Source: the human T2T-CHM13v2.0 reference genome, Homo sapiens
Strand: one strand, 5' to 3'
Assembly: GCF_009914755.1 (NCBI RefSeq)
Contig: NC_060946.1
Length of the DNA stretch: 64,000 nt
The notes under the pieces: model-generated
Seen by the model: the letters and a program-made list of their open reading frames with translations, nothing else
What the model was told of the DNA's origin: nothing
The model's database searches: none
Shown: positions 1-62,930 of the stretch, piece after piece
Layout: every line of letters begins with the position of its first letter
Numbering within the stretch: position 1 is the stretch's first letter
Program-made: the position numbers and the translations under genes

Positions 1-1145
1 CCTACGCTAGATGTTTATAGACATTTCATAACTTAATCTTCACAGCAATGCTCTGGGGTCACAACTGTTGTAAATCCCATTTGGCAAGAGAGAAAGCCAA
101 TCTCAGAGAGGAAGTTGCTCAGGACACACCTAGTGAATTTTAAGTAGCAGGATTCCAGTACACCTTTGATCCACTCCCTGCCAAGGAGAAAAGCTTTATG
201 CAGAAAGCAGGGCATTGGGTGGTAACAGGGAAACTTCTCCCAGCACAGGGCCAGGCTGCCCAGTGTTCGGGCCAGCTGCGTGTGACATTGGATCAGTGAG
301 AGGAGCCCCAGACCTCTCCCCCATAGGCCAGGACCAGGACTGAAACCAGTAAGGAGAGGAAGCTAAGGAGACAGCTTCCTCGTCAGCCCTTGTCCCTCCC
401 TGGTCCCGGACCACATGAGGAACTGCTCCCTTCCCCCATCCTGAGGTCCACAGAATGACGGTTCCCCTCCGAGTTAACTGGGGAATAACTCAGAAAGCCA
501 CCCGCAGAACCAATCCCTCCTCCTTCTTAGGGAGGACGTGGAAAAACTGAGAAAGGCCAAAAGCCAGAATGGAAACTCAGTTCTCCTGACTCGGATCCAG
601 GGCGTGCTCTACTCTTCCTCCTTAGAAGTCTTTCCCAAGGATCCCTGACATTCCATGGTCAGGGAGCAGGAAAGAGACCTTGGTGGGTACTCACTCACCA
701 GCAATGTGAGTAGGGCGGTCACTTCGCTTCTGTGGCTTCATCTGTAAAATGGGTATAGCCCAAAATACCAGACTCACAGGGCTGCTGAGAGCTTAAATTC
801 ATAACACATATACACAAAGTGTCTGGCATACAGGTGCTCAGCCAACCTCAAGTCCAGCTATGTCGTTCTCCAAGAACTCAGGTGAGGGAAAGAACCCACT
901 CCCACCCACCCCGCCCCCACCCCTATACACACAAAGGGCAAATGAAAAAATATGACGAAACACATGCGGGTCAATGCTATGGGGATTCCTGGAGGGGAAA
1001 GTTTCTTCCCTTATCAGCTGTTGGACGACGGAGACGGCACAAAGGAAAAACAAGAATGCTCGGACCCATGGGATGACTGCAGATTTGGGGAAGCCCTCAT
1101 TCTTTTCCCAGAGGCCGGGAGTTCGACCTTCCCCATACACAGTGA

Positions 1146-12192
<11,047 letters not shown>

Positions 12193-12964
12193 AATCCTTT
12201 ATTTTTGTACCATGGGGTGGGCCCCGGGCCTGAGAAGGAAGAAGCACCCTCTCCCCGGCCTCCTCTGTCTGCACCCGTGGGGCTGTGACTTACTCCTGCC
12301 TCCAGGGGCGGGGCGGGGCCCCCCTGGGACCTCTTAAGGCCCAAGGTGGGCCCCAGGACCTCTGGGCAGAGTGGACTGCTCATGGCAGATGTGTGGCAAT
12401 GTCTGGCTGTGTCTCTCCGGCACCTGCGTCCCCTCTCCCGGGCTCCCCTGCTGCATGGTGGATGTGCTCCTTCCTGGCCCGGTCACATTGCCTCCTTGAG
12501 CCTTAGTCCAGGGGGTCACTCCTCCCACCCCACCTACCTCACAGGGTTGTTGTGAGGGTGCACAGAGGAGCAAAGTCCCTGAAGGCCCTCAGGCAGTATA
12601 TAGGGGCCGCCCACCTTCAGCTGCCCTGGGATGGGAAGGACCCAGCCCGACCCCTGGGCATAACACTGTGTTTGCAAATGGAGATTCAGGTATTGGGGAT
12701 GCAGGTTGTGGGGAGCTGGCCTGGCAGAGTAGGGGTAGTTGGCTTGGCCTTCTCTTTGGTGATCCCACCCCCAGCCATTTGCATTGCTGGCCCAGCGCCT
12801 GGCCTGGGGGGCGGGGAGAGGCAGCAGAAGGGGCTGGGCAGGGGCGGTGGAGGACTCAGGAACTGCCCGGGGAGAGTGGGTATGGCGGCTGAGCCAGGGG
12901 CCCTCCTGTGTTTGACTTCCCGGGATGGGTCCTTGCTTCTCAGCTGTGTCCGACCCCACCATGT

Positions 12965-12970
12965 AATAAA
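12965..12970 (+). terminator. KCTD17 polyadenylation signal AATAAA
   Basis: AATAAA preceded by TGTA and followed by a GT/T-rich downstream element. Confidence 0.85.
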
Positions 12971-14019
12971 ACCCAAAGGAACAGCCCAGCCTGGCTGTTG
13001 CCCTCTTTCTCTGGGCCACTTTTGGGGACGGGGCTAAACTAAAGGTGTGGTAGTCTGGTCCAAAGGAACGCGGCTTTGTCCCAAAAGCCCAGGGACGCTG
13101 CCCTGTTGTCATTTTCCTGTGTGTGTTGCAGGGAGGGCTTGGGGAACTGGCTATATCCTTTGCCCTGGGGCCGGATACCAGAGCACCTGCCCTACCTGGC
13201 CGGGAGCCAGAAAACAGAACTCTAGGGAGAGCCCTGGGCTGCCTCTGCCACATCCTAAACCTCTCAGCGCGCCCCCTCCACTTCTACTCTGACACCTGGG
13301 CCACCGCCATCCCTCCCTATTGCTGCCACCCCTCTGCCCAAAATCCTAGGAAATATAAACACCCCGCCCTCTCCCTTCTCTGACCCTGCTGGACCCAGCC
13401 CAGACCCCAGACCCTCCACCCACCCTGGCCAGTTCCTTCAACTCCTCAGTCCTCCCCGCTGCTCGAGGAAATCCTGCCGGGCAGTGAGCCCCTAAGGCGC
13501 AGGCCTTCCACAGGCTGGGGCGGGGGCACCCTCTTGCCAGCTCAAGCCTGGAGGGCCTCGCCACTTCCCCTGAGGACACTCCACTCCAAAGCTGGACTCA
13601 TTTTTAGGGTCCAACTATCCTTGCAAAAGAGTCACCAGGAGGCTTGTTAGGAGAACAGATGACACGTCCCCCGCCCTCCAGGATTCCGATGAAGACTGAG
13701 GTAGGGCCCAGGGTGATTCCAGATCACCCAAGGTATTCTGCATGTGTTCTGCCCACCTGCTCTGGAGACGCTCCCTGCCCACCCAGCTGCTCCGGCTCGT
13801 CCTGGCAGGACCCAGGTGGGTGCTCCCCGTCCCTGGTTCCCCTTCTGCCTCATTCACCCACAGACCTGGCAGCAGCGCCCATGTTGGAAAAACCCCTCTT
13901 CAGTCTGGGGCCCCTCTGAAGCTCCCTCTCTCCCTTCCGCTCCCAGTTAGGCGTCTAGAAAGAGTTGTCCACACTTGACCGTCCACCCTCACCTCCAGCG
14001 AGCCCCTTGCCTCCATCAC

Positions 14020-14640
14020 AACTGCCCCCAGGGGTCTAAAATCATCCTCCAGTCCATCCCATGGCGCTGCTCAGTCCCGGCCCATCCTCTCCATCCTGGA
14101 ATCCTGCGGTGGCCTCCTAACCAGCCTCCCTGCCTGCCGCTCCCTGCACACTGGTGCCAAGGCTGGTTCCAAAATGTGAATCCTCTCATGTCACTCCTAT
14201 GCTATAGAGCCCACCGTGGCTCCCCAGAGCTTTCAAGATCAAATCCTTGGCTCAACCCCAGGCTCTGCTATCCCGCCTCAGTTCGCCCCTCTGAATTCTT
14301 GAGTCATCCTCTCGAGCTCTGTTCTAACACTCACTCGGCTTGCTGGGTCCTAGCGTGCCTCATTCTTCCGGGACTGTGCCTTTGCACGTGCTCTTCCCTG
14401 CCTGGAATATCCTTCCCGGATATTCCCACCTGGACCACCTCTGAACCCCAGCTCAAGTCTCACAGCCTCCAGGCAGCTTGCCTTGACTTGCCCAGTCCAC
14501 GCTCCCCTCCGGCCCCTTCCCACTGGATCATCCCCACTGCTCCTGGGGTCAGGAGCCAGGTCCTTCACCCCTGTGGCCCCAGCATAGTGCTGGCACATGG
14601 TTGGAGCCCAAGGCTTTATTCAGTGGCTCAAAGAATGCAA
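14020..14640. mobile_element. LINE-2 3' fragment
   Basis: Degenerate L2 motifs (gcctttgcac..gct.ttccc.tgcctggaat; cagcatagtgctggcacat). Confidence 0.6.
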
Positions 14641-15047
14641 AGGAAGGGAGTGTCGCACTGGACGGGGCCTTGGCAGACAGGGAGCTGGGAGACAGGAGTC
14701 TATGCCACCTCCACTCCTAACCCCCAGTGCCACTATGAGGATGTCTTAACCGCCTCTCTGAGCCTCAGTTTCCTCCTAAGGTTCCAAAAGGAGACGATTG
14801 CTCCTCACATCCCTCTGACCTGAGGGTCCCCAAATGATTGCCTTCCTGGCATTTCTTCTGGGACCTGGGCAGCTGCCCTGCAGGCCCCAGCCCTCAGTGG
14901 CCACGCCCACTGCCACTGAGCCCACCTTGGCCTTCTGGACACTTGTCAAACAGGCTGAGCAGGAAGCAGGGGCTGCTCCAGTCAAGGGCATGAGGCTGGT
15001 GCCTGGGTCCCATTCAAACTCCAGCAGCGGGGCTTGGATCAGGCAGC

Positions 15048-15053
15048 TTTATT
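15048..15053 (-). terminator. TMPRSS6 polyadenylation signal AATAAA
   Basis: TTTATT on + strand ~625 nt past the stop; a second one lies at 14615-14620. Confidence 0.8.
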
Positions 15054-15677
15054 CCAAAGGGCAGCTGAGCTCACCTCCCAGTGAGGGTCTGGGCTGTGAG
15101 GGCCCAGGTGGCAGGCAGGGGTGGGGCAAGGACCCTGGAGTCAGGACTTCCCCACCTTTTGGCTTACAGTGGCAGCAGGCCCACCTGGCAGTCTCCAGGG
15201 CTCTGAGGGTCCCCTCCGATGGGAGCACCTTCCATTCCCAGATCCCAAGTTAGACCAGGGGCTTCCGAAGCTGGAATCTGCTCTCTGGAGGCAAGGCTGC
15301 CCAAACAGCCTCTGTACAGAGTGGGGCGCACCTCAGACACTCCTCGGGATGTAGAACCAGCATTCTTGCTGCTGAGCCACTGCCTTGCATTAGGCAGCAG
15401 TGGAGGAAGGGGACGGAGGAGAGAGAATTGGGAGGCAGAAGGGCTGGGTGTGGGCCTGGGTCCTCAGGGGACGTCTTGACCCCCAGCTGCTGGCACTTCT
15501 CCATCCTCCTGCCATCACTGGAGCAGACATCAGGGACGAGACAAGATGCCACCTCCTGCCACCACAGGGCCTGCTCTCTCCCCCACCCCCCGCCAGAATA
15601 CTTGTCCCCCTGCTTGGCAGTTGCCCTGGGCTCTCTGAGTCCAGGAGGTGGGCCCTGCTTTGCAGGGGGGCAGTTCC

Positions 15678-53526
<37,849 letters not shown>

Positions 53527-54607
53527 TCAGGTCAGCTCGCACCAGAGGGCAGGCACCAGAGCTGGACTGGGTCTGGCTCAAGAACCCCACCTTTGCTTCC
53601 CACTGGCTTCCCTATGGTCAGAGGACAGACGGAGGTCTCAGTACCTAAACACCCACCTCCCTAGAGGCTGCACCCACAGACAGAACTGAAGTACATGGGG
53701 TGCAGACTTCTGTAGACATCTGACCTCTTGCCCTCATTTCCCGTCCACGCAAGGAATGCTGTTTCTTGCTCCTGGTTCTGGTTCACGGAGCTTCCCACCA
53801 CGCCCACACAGTCCATGCACTTAGCCCCCGCCCCAGAATCCCCTGAGCTGGCACTGCGCTGGGCCGGGGACCTGCCTTCCTTCACAGAGTACCGTCTCTC
53901 TCACCTTTCTGCTCTCAAAGTCTTGTGGCAGAGGAAGGGAACAAAAACTAATATTCATTTCGTGCCCTCATGAGACATCTCACACTTAATTTTCAGGTCA
54001 CCCAGGGATGTGGAACCATTGTCCCATGTTTTCTTCCTCCAGCCCACACCACGTGGGTACTTCACCTGCTTTATCTCACTTAAACCTCCAGTTCTGCACC
54101 CATTGAACAGATAAGGAAACTGAGACCCAGAGTGTTCTAGCACTAACTCAGTCTAGGGCTTTTCCTAGCCCCATTTTCCCAGTGTGATTTGAATACCTGA
54201 CATTCACTCCCAGACGCATTTTACAGATTAAAAAAACCCTGAAGCCCAGAGAGGCTAAGCCGCTTGCCCAAGATCACACAGCAGGGAAGTGGAGGTTGAG
54301 TCTAGATGTCTGACTCCCTGCTTTTTCCACGAATCTAAGATGCCTCCCATAAATGAGCTGTTAATTAACAAATCATGATTAAATAGCAACTGAATGTCGC
54401 CCCTCTCCACGCTCCAGGGTTCCAACTCTATTTTGAGACCCTTTCAAGCAAACATCCCAATGTATTTGGCCTTTGACGCAGGTTTCCCCACAGTACAGAG
54501 AAAGCCTTTGACCCACCCACCGGGAGAGCAAGGGCTCCAGACTACTGCGAAGTTCATCTCCTCTTACTATATCCATAAATACCGTGTAGCTTTAAAATGC
54601 ACCCCAG

Positions 54608-54920
54608 GGCCGGGTGCCGTGGCTCACGCCTGTAATCCCAACACTTTGGGAGGCTGAGGTGAGTGGATCACCTGAGGTCAGGAGTTCGAGATCAGCCTGG
54701 CCAATATGGTGAAACCCTGTCACTATGAAAAATACAAAAATTAGCCGGCTGTGGTGGTGGGCACCTGTAATCCCAGCTACTCGGGAGGCTGAGGCAGGAG
54801 AATCACTTGAACCTGGTCAGGGGAGGTTGCAGTGAGCTGAGATCATGCCATTGTACTCCAGCCTGGGTGACAGAGCAAGACTCTGCTTGAGAAAAAAAAA
54901 AAAAACATAAAAAAATAAAT
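54608..54920 (+). mobile_element. Alu (AluSx-like) with TSD
   Basis: TSD AAAATGCACCCCAG on both sides. Confidence 0.95.
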
Positions 54921-55611
54921 AAAATGCACCCCAGATGCAGGCGGGGCTTCCTTTGGGCTGTGTCTTGGGATTTTACACAGCGGGTTTCCAAAAACGGGGC
55001 TCTTTAGTAATGCTCAAAGTCCTCCCAGGTGGATGTGAAGGGCCCTGGCCCTTCTCCCAGCTTCCTGGCTCCCTCCAGCTCCCCTTGGCATCGTTCCCAG
55101 CTAAGGGTCTTTGGTGTCAAGCCACAGTGACTCTGTTGAGCGGCCCCCATCAGATACAAGGAAGGGAGGGACTGCAGGGGACCCTCACTGGGCATGACAT
55201 CCCCCTCCACAACTAAGCTAGGACATTCCTGCATGTGGAGTGGGCCCTACTGGCTTTTATGGGGCCAAGGCCAGGGAATGGTAAATGGTAAACGTCCGGC
55301 AACGGGTGGGACAGCCCCGCCCACTTCCTCAAATGTTCACAGCATCCCTAGTGAGAAACAGGCAAGAAACAGACCAGTAACAGGGTGCTGAGACTCTTGC
55401 ATGAGGCCACATGGCAGGTTTGAGTCCCCAGCGCAGAGCTGCCTGTCTGTCCTGGGCTGGCCACCTCTGACTGAGGTGGCTGTCCTCAAAATCTGAGAAG
55501 GTTTGCTGGATTGGGAAGATCCCAGGTGATGGGTTGGCTCCTTGCCCTTCTTTCAGTCCCTCGTCCCCTCCCTCTGCCAGAGGAGGACACCATATTCCCG
55601 TCGCACCCCTT

Positions 55612-55881
55612 TTGTTTAAGGGACAGGATCTCACTCTGTCACCCAGGCTGGAGTATGGTAGCACGATCATAGCTCACCCCAGCCTCCAACTCCTGGGTTC
55701 GAGTGATCCTCCCACCTCAGCCTCCCAAGTAGCTGGGACTACAGGTGCACCAGCACACCTGGCTAATTTTATAGTTTTATTTTTTGTAGAGACCAGGTCT
55801 CAAACACCTGGCCTCAAGCGATCCCCTCACCTTGGCCTCCTGAAGTGTTGAGATTACAGATGTGAGCCACCATACCTGGCC
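55612..55881 (-). mobile_element. Alu (AluJ-like)
   Basis: gatcatagctcac...gatcctcccacctcagcc J-type motifs. Confidence 0.9.
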
Positions 55882-58800
55882 CTGTTTTACTCTTGAGTCT
55901 GGATCACAAAGGAGCTATTTTGGGATGAGTCATAGAGCCATGGGGACTCGGGGGCATAGAGGTGGTAACAGGTGACATTTATTTCAATTGTCTCTGTTGC
56001 TTTATGTGCACTTTCTCATGTAAGCCTTACACAGATCCTGTGGGGACAGGTACTCTGATCACTCCTACTTTACAGATGGGAGAGTCAAGGCACAGAGAGG
56101 TTGAGCAGCTTGGCTAAGGTCACACAGCTGGTCAGCAGCACAGCCAGGCTGCAAAGTCAAGCAGATTGACTTCAGAGTGACGCCCTGATCACTGAGCCCT
56201 ACTACCTCTCAGATAATCAGTGTAAAGAGAGGGAAACTGAGGCTCGGAGCAGGTCGTGGGTCCATTAGAGGAAGCCCGAAGAGGGGCAGCTCATGGTGGG
56301 GTGCTTGGTGGGCCTCCCCTCCCCTCTCATCCTCCAAGCCAGGCGTCCTTCTCTATGCAGATTTTGCCTCCCTCTAAATGCCCCTCGCATCCATCTGGGA
56401 GGACTTTGAGCAGCACAGAGAGGCTCATTTTCAGGACACCCTCTGTAAAAACCCAAGCCATGGTCCAAATGGCAGTAGTGGGAAATTAATTCCCCCGGGC
56501 TCATCATAACTTCCCACCCAAACCCCTGGGGCGGCCTCCTCACTAGGTCCCCTGCCTCCATTGCGTCTTCCAGCGCATCCTCCCTCCCCAGCTCAATCGC
56601 TCACCTGCTCAGGATCCTTTCACAGCTCCCAGCCACTTATCATCCAAACCCCTTGCTGCGACATCCAAGACCCTCCATGGCCAGGCTGCTGTCCACCCTC
56701 CTCGTGGCTATAACTTCCATCATGCACATGGTGCCCCAGGCCCACGAGACCCTGCCTTTGTGCAGCTGAGTCCCCCTGCCTGGACTGTGGGGAACTCTTA
56801 CCAGGCGACCTGCCAGGCACTGGGTTCTGGGCCCCTGGCTAGTTAAGCTGCCCCCTCCCCTGGGCAGCCCTTGATCAGATCAAGAATATGCCTTGGCTTT
56901 GGGTCTTGCCTCTGTCCCCTACAGAACAGGCAGGGCCAGCATCTTGCTCACCTCTGGGGTTCCCCATGGAACGCCGCACAGCCCGTCACATGAGTGAAGG
57001 ATCAGAAAGAATGAGTGAATGAAACTGCCAAGTCTCTAGGCCCCTGGTACAGGGCTCTCTATCTTGCTGCCTCCAGGAAGGAGGACTTGTGAGGCCTGGC
57101 ACTGGGGCATGGACAATGGTGTGGGCCTGTGGGGTCCCAGGTTCAATGCTCAGTCACCCTATCTTTGTCTAGCACCTGCTTGGTGCCAGGCTCTGTGGTG
57201 GCGACAGGGTGGCACATGGTGACTCTAAGAGACCTCATTCCCATCCTCTTGGGTTTCCTGCCCAGCAGGAGGAGGGGCAGTGGACAGTTGTGAAGATGAC
57301 GGTGCCACTCTTGTCTTTACTATCTTATAATACAACGGCTCCCCCATTCCCAGGGTCCAGCACCTTTGGAAAAGCCTGTGGCCCTACCTTCCAAATGCCC
57401 CCCAAAGCCAGCCCCTTCTTGGCCCCCCATGACTCCCACCATCATCCAGGCCACCGTCATCTGTCACCTCGACTCCTGCAATAGCCAATCACCCACCCCC
57501 CTACCCAGTGAGTTCTCACACAATGGCCACTGCGTGTTGTCACCATGTGCCCTGCCCACGAGCCTCGCACGGCTTCCATCCACCTAGAACACAGTCCCTA
57601 AAGACCCAGGGTCTCAGTTTTCCTGTCCTCTTTGCTGAATGGGAGGTTTGCTCCTTGCTGGGCCTGGGATGTTTTCCTTTCTGCTGGCCTCGTGGCTCCC
57701 TCCTTTACCTCCTCCAAAGGGTCAGATGTCACCTCTCCAGAGAGGCCTTCCCTGGGCACTCCCGTCTCTCCTGCATTTTTCTTTATAGCAATTACAGAGG
57801 CCTAAATTGCCTGATATGCAAATATGTCATTTATCTGCCTCCTCCCTGTCTGTAAGCTGCATGAGAGCAGAGTCTGGTACTCAGCGGACACTCAGTAATT
57901 GTTAAATGAATGAATGACAAGGTCCCAGCTCCTTCCTCCCTACAGAAGTCCAAGGTGCTGTGTGCATATGTGGCCTGGCCAACTTCTCCTGCCTCCTTTT
58001 TTCCCACCCTCTCTTTTCCCCGTCGCACCCCAAGGACACTGGACTTCCCTTGGTGAGAAATTTTAACAATGGGATGGTAGCAAACATTTATGGATTAAGA
58101 GCAGCCAGCCGGCACCAAGAGCCCTCGTGGACCTTGAGCCCTGTCAGTGCTTGTTCACGGCCAGGCGTCCCCACACTCTTCCTTCTGCCTGGGCCCCCAC
58201 CTCCCAACCTGGCCAGCTCTTATGCAGCCCCTGTCACCTCAGTTCAGACCTCACCTCTTCGCAGCTCTCCCAGAGTGCCCTAGAAGGGGCGGCTGCCCCT
58301 CGCGATGTGCAGCTTACCTGTGGGCACTCTCTCTTTGCCCCTCACATTGAACTCCTGGAAGCGGGGACTGTGCTCCAATTGCCACAGGGGCCTGAAGCAG
58401 TCCACCAGCTCTGAGCACCATGGACCCCACCCTGGCACCTGCTCCTCACTCCCTCCTGCCCTTCTGGCCATTGGAGGGTCTCGGGTCTGCCTGCTGGAGG
58501 CTGAGCTCCTTGGGGCGGGGCCGCGACTCCCCCAGCAATGCAGATCCGGATTCAACCACTGCGTATGAACTCCTACCATGTGCCAGCCCTGTGCTGGGCA
58601 GTGCTGCAAACTCCACTGCAGCCTCCAACAGCCTGGGGTGCCTACTTTGCTGACTCTATTTAATGGCTGGGGAAACTGAGGTAGAGAGAGGTAACATGAC
58701 TTACCCGAGGTCCCTCAGCCAGGGCAGAGCAGAGCAGAGCAGGGACTCTGGGCTAGGGCCATAGGGGCATCTTTCAGTGAAACCATTAGGCCCTAGAGTC

Positions 58801-59434
58801 CTGAGAGTGTGGGGGACTGGGTGGGGGTCCCTTCCACACATATAAACACACTCACAGACCCACAGATGTACACAGATGGAGACACGCGGAGGGATATACG
58901 CACATCTATTCATGACACAAAAATTCATAGATGCACGCCCTTCCTACACAGACACACACACGAACACACATACACATACATGCCAACTCTGAGCCTGTGA
59001 GCCCAGGGTCCTGGGCTTAAGTCAGTACATAGGTGCAATGTGGGGCTCCGGGCCTGTCTCCTACACCAGAAGGCCCAGGTGGGGTACCGGGTGTGGAGGG
59101 GGCAGCATGTCCAGTCCTGCGAGGCAGGGGTAGGGTGGCCTCTCCCTTCCTCCTGTCCCTGCCACCTGAATCCCAGGCCACCAACCACCCAGCACTGATG
59201 CTGTGCCTGTCCACACACCTGGTGTCACCCTGCGTGGTCCCTCCCCTCCCCAGCTCTGTGGGCCCCTCACCTTCTGCTCACTGATCACCCTCTGGCCGAT
59301 GAGGCCCTGCAGGCCTGGCCTCGGAGCAGGGTAGGTGGCTCAGGCTGCAGGGAGCCAGGCCCAGCTCTTAGGGTGGACACTGTCACTAGGTCATTTATAG
59401 ATCCCGGTCCCCTGTCCTGGAGGCCCCCGCTTAC

Positions 59435-59520
59435 CTTTGGGAGTGGCAGATAGGTGCCGGGCCTGCACACAGGCCTCAGGAGCCTCTGTTTGTCCAGGCC
59501 AAGGCCTCCCCACCCCCACC
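59435..59520 (-). other. TMPRSS6: TMPRSS6 non-coding first exon (5' end approximate)
   Basis: Strong donor CCAAAG|gtaagc at 59435/59434; splicing gives ...CCCAAAGGATGCCC; forkhead motif GTAAACA at 59654-59660 upstream. Confidence 0.72.
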
Positions 59521-59930
59521 CAGCCAGCCCAGGCTGGATCAATGGCCTAGAGCCATGACCAGGGTGTCTGGCCCTTGTCCCCTGTGGCCTGTGGCCTCAG
59601 GCTCCATGGAACTCCTCCTGCTGGGTCCTGGACAGCACTGTGACTAAGTACAGGTAAACAGGCAGGAGGTAGGAGAAGGCAGTGCCTGCCCCGCCCCATC
59701 TTCCCCCACCCCCGCATGGGCACCCCAGAGGCTGGCAGGCAGGTGCGGGAGATCTGAGCTCTCCCCCGAGGCCCGTTGCCTGGTGACATGCCTGCCTGGT
59801 TACAGCCCCTGGTCCCCGAGAGCATGAGGTAGGGACAGCCAAGGACTGGGGACTGTGCAGAGGCCGGTGCAGGTGAGTGCAGGGGCTCACAAGGGTGAGT
59901 CCAGGTGCTTACCTGGACAGGCGAGACTAA

Positions 59931-60372
<442 letters not shown>

Positions 60373-60396
60373 CATGAATTCCTACCTGGTTCCGTA

Positions 60397-60828
60397 GCGC
60401 TGTGCTGTCCATGACGGTAGCCGCTGGTCACCCGTGGCTCTTGAGTCAGTCTGAACTGAGAAAAGCTGCACGGGGGAGACGCACACCAGGTTTCCAAGGC
60501 CAAGTGCAAACAGGATGTCAACCAACGCGATAACAATTTTTATATTGATTTTATGTTGAAATAACACTGGCGATCATGGGATAAATAAAATGTATTATTA
60601 AAATCAATTTTCTTCTGGCTCTCTTGTTTTTTTTTTTTTCAGAGACAGGGTCTCATTAGGTTGCCAGGCTGGTCTGGAGCTCCTGGGCCCACATGATCCT
60701 CCTGCTTCAGCCTCCCAAGTAGCTGGGATTACAGGCGTGGGCCACCACACCCCTTGTTGCATGTGGGTATTAGACAGGTTAAGTCACAAGTGTGACCTGC
60801 GTTGTTGTTCTATGGAACAGCGTTGCTG
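60397..60828. mobile_element. MER3-like hAT DNA transposon interrupted by an Alu monomer (60627-60753)
   Basis: Ends gctgtgctgtcca.. and ..ggaacagcg; interior tattgattttatgttgaaat...aaataaaatgtattattaaaat; family from recall. Confidence 0.65.
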
Positions 60829-60979
60829 TGGAGATGGGTTTGAGCCATATGCGTGCCGAAGTGCCGGATGGGAGCCAGGGCTCTCTAGGGTGCGTGCAGG
60901 GCAGCGGGCGTCTGTCTCAGACAAGGCTGACTTTCAGCGAGTCTACATCCTGAGGCCAGAATGCGGGGTGCACGCCTGA

Positions 60980-61070
60980 GATGCTGTGTGCTGTGGGCAT
61001 ATGGGTCCCAGAGTGTGTGTGTAAGAGAGACAGTCTGGAATTTGTGTGTGTAGATTATGTATGTGTAGAA

Positions 61071-61109
<39 letters not shown>

Positions 61110-61575
61110 AGCGTAGGGATTGTGTGTGGGGTATAAGATTTGTGTGAGGGGTGTGTCTGTGAGGTTTGTATGGTGTGGGGTGGGGGGTGTGTGAAGTGTG
61201 TTGTGTGGGCATATGGACTGTGCATGTGTGTGCAGTGTGGGTGCTGGGAATGTGCAGTGTAAGGTGTGTGTGTCTTTGAGGTACGTATGGTGTGAGGTGT
61301 GTATGGAGCATGAGAGGTGTGTGCAGCTGTGTGTGTGTGTGTGTGCATGCTCACAGTATGTGTGGAATATGAGGCATGTGTTTAGTGTGAGGTGTGTGCA
61401 TAGTGTGAGGTGTGTGTGTAGTGTAAGGTGTATGTAGTGTGAAGCATGTGTGGAGTGTGAAGCGTGTGTGTAGTGTGAGACGTGTGTGGAGTGTGAGGTG
61501 TGTGTGGAGCGTGAGGCATGTGTGGAGTGTGAGGCGTGTGTGTGGAGTGTGCAGCGGGTGTGAAGTGTGAGATGC
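60980..61575. repeat. (TG)n microsatellite (~61077-61108) within a TG-rich low-complexity region
   Basis: Directly visible. Confidence 0.92.
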
Positions 61576-62627
61576 TTATGGATTGGCTGGGATGGGACAG
61601 GGCCCCGCGCCCGGGCTTTGCCGTGACCGCCGGTTTTCAGCCCTACCTGGCTCCCTTTTAGTTGTAGGAACCTGGGCAGATTCCCTGACTTCTGAGCGGT
61701 GCTTCTTCCATCTGTCGAATGAAAAAAATTCGCCCCTTCTTGATGAACGGGAAACAACGTGTGCGAAGGCCCAGCACTGTGGGGGGCGCCGAGAGCGGGT
61801 TTCTCCTCTTCTCATGGTGACACGCTGGTGTGTCGGGGCCAGGTGTGCCTGTGCACTGAAGTCCAGGCAATGACAGGTGGCATGTGTGTGGTGCCTACCT
61901 GTGTGGCCCCTCACGCATGTCTCAAGCACGTAGATGCCCCATGCTCTCTGGCGTGTGCTCCCTAAGGGGGCCTGTAGCAGTAGGCAGGTACCTCCCTGAC
62001 ATGTGCGTGGGGGGCACCCCTGTGTCCTAAGGTGTGAAGGCCCCTGCCCATGGGGGCTGGGCATGAGCTCAGTACAGCACCATCTCCAGGCAGAGCCAGG
62101 GCTGGGCCAGGGCAGGAGGGCGCACTGTCAGGCTGGTTAGGATTCTGGGTTAGGGGGTACCTTCCCTCACCTTCTCCTGTGGCCCTCCCCAGAGTCCTGG
62201 CCCCTGCCCATGGGCCTGACCCTGACCCTGAGACCGAACACCATAGCCCTGCCCACTGTCCCTCGTCCCAGCCCCAACAACTCTGCCTCCTCCCCATAAA
62301 CTCCCCTCTTCCCAGGCCCTGGCCCCCACCTTGCAAACTTCCTGAGGGACAGATGCTTGAGACAGAGCAGGGATAGTGTGTTTGTGTAGGGGGTGAAGAC
62401 ACCCCAATCCTAGCCTCTGTACCCCATCCTGTCCTTTGGAAGGTCAAAAGGCCCAGGCCCCCAGCCCAGGCTGCTAGCCCGACAGTCTGAAAAGCCGATC
62501 TTGCACAATCGACGTCCTCTAGACCTGGTGGCCACCTGGCCATCGATCCGACATGGCCTGGGGGGAGGGGCTGGCAATAAGCAAGCAGCAGCAAAATGCT
62601 GAGAGAGGTGTTTGAAAGCACAGACGT

Positions 62628-62930
62628 GGCTGGGTGCAGTGGCTTACCCCCACACCTGTAATCCCAGCACTTTGGGATGCCAAGGAGGGAGGATCCCTTC
62701 AGCCCAGGAGTTTGAGACCAGCCTAGTCAACATAGTGAGACCCTGTTTGTACAAAAAAAAATTTTTTTTAATTAGCTGGGCATAGTGGTGCACACCTGCA
62801 GATCCCACTACTAGGGAGGCTGAGGTGGGAGGATCACTTGAGCCCTGGAGTTGGAGGCTGTAGTGAGCCATAACTGTGCTGCTGCACTCCAGCCTGGGTG
62901 ACAGAGCAAGACCCTGTCTTGAAAAGAAAG
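62628..62930 (+). mobile_element. Alu (AluJ-like)
   Basis: ggaggatcacttgagccc...gtagtgagccat J-type motifs. Confidence 0.92.

Noticed and set aside
12534-13253. 239-aa antisense ORF over the KCTD17 3'UTR
   Set aside because: No recognisable domain, promoter or splice context; GC-rich chance ORF
13975-14823. 282-aa intergenic ORF
   Set aside because: Non-ATG start and overlaps a degenerate L2
60885-61757. 290-aa His/Thr-rich ORF
   Set aside because: CA-repeat low-complexity translation
61780-61800. GGCGCC BMP/SMAD-like element upstream of TMPRSS6
   Set aside because: A single 6-mer is expected by chance; no adjacent supporting motif or conservation evidence available
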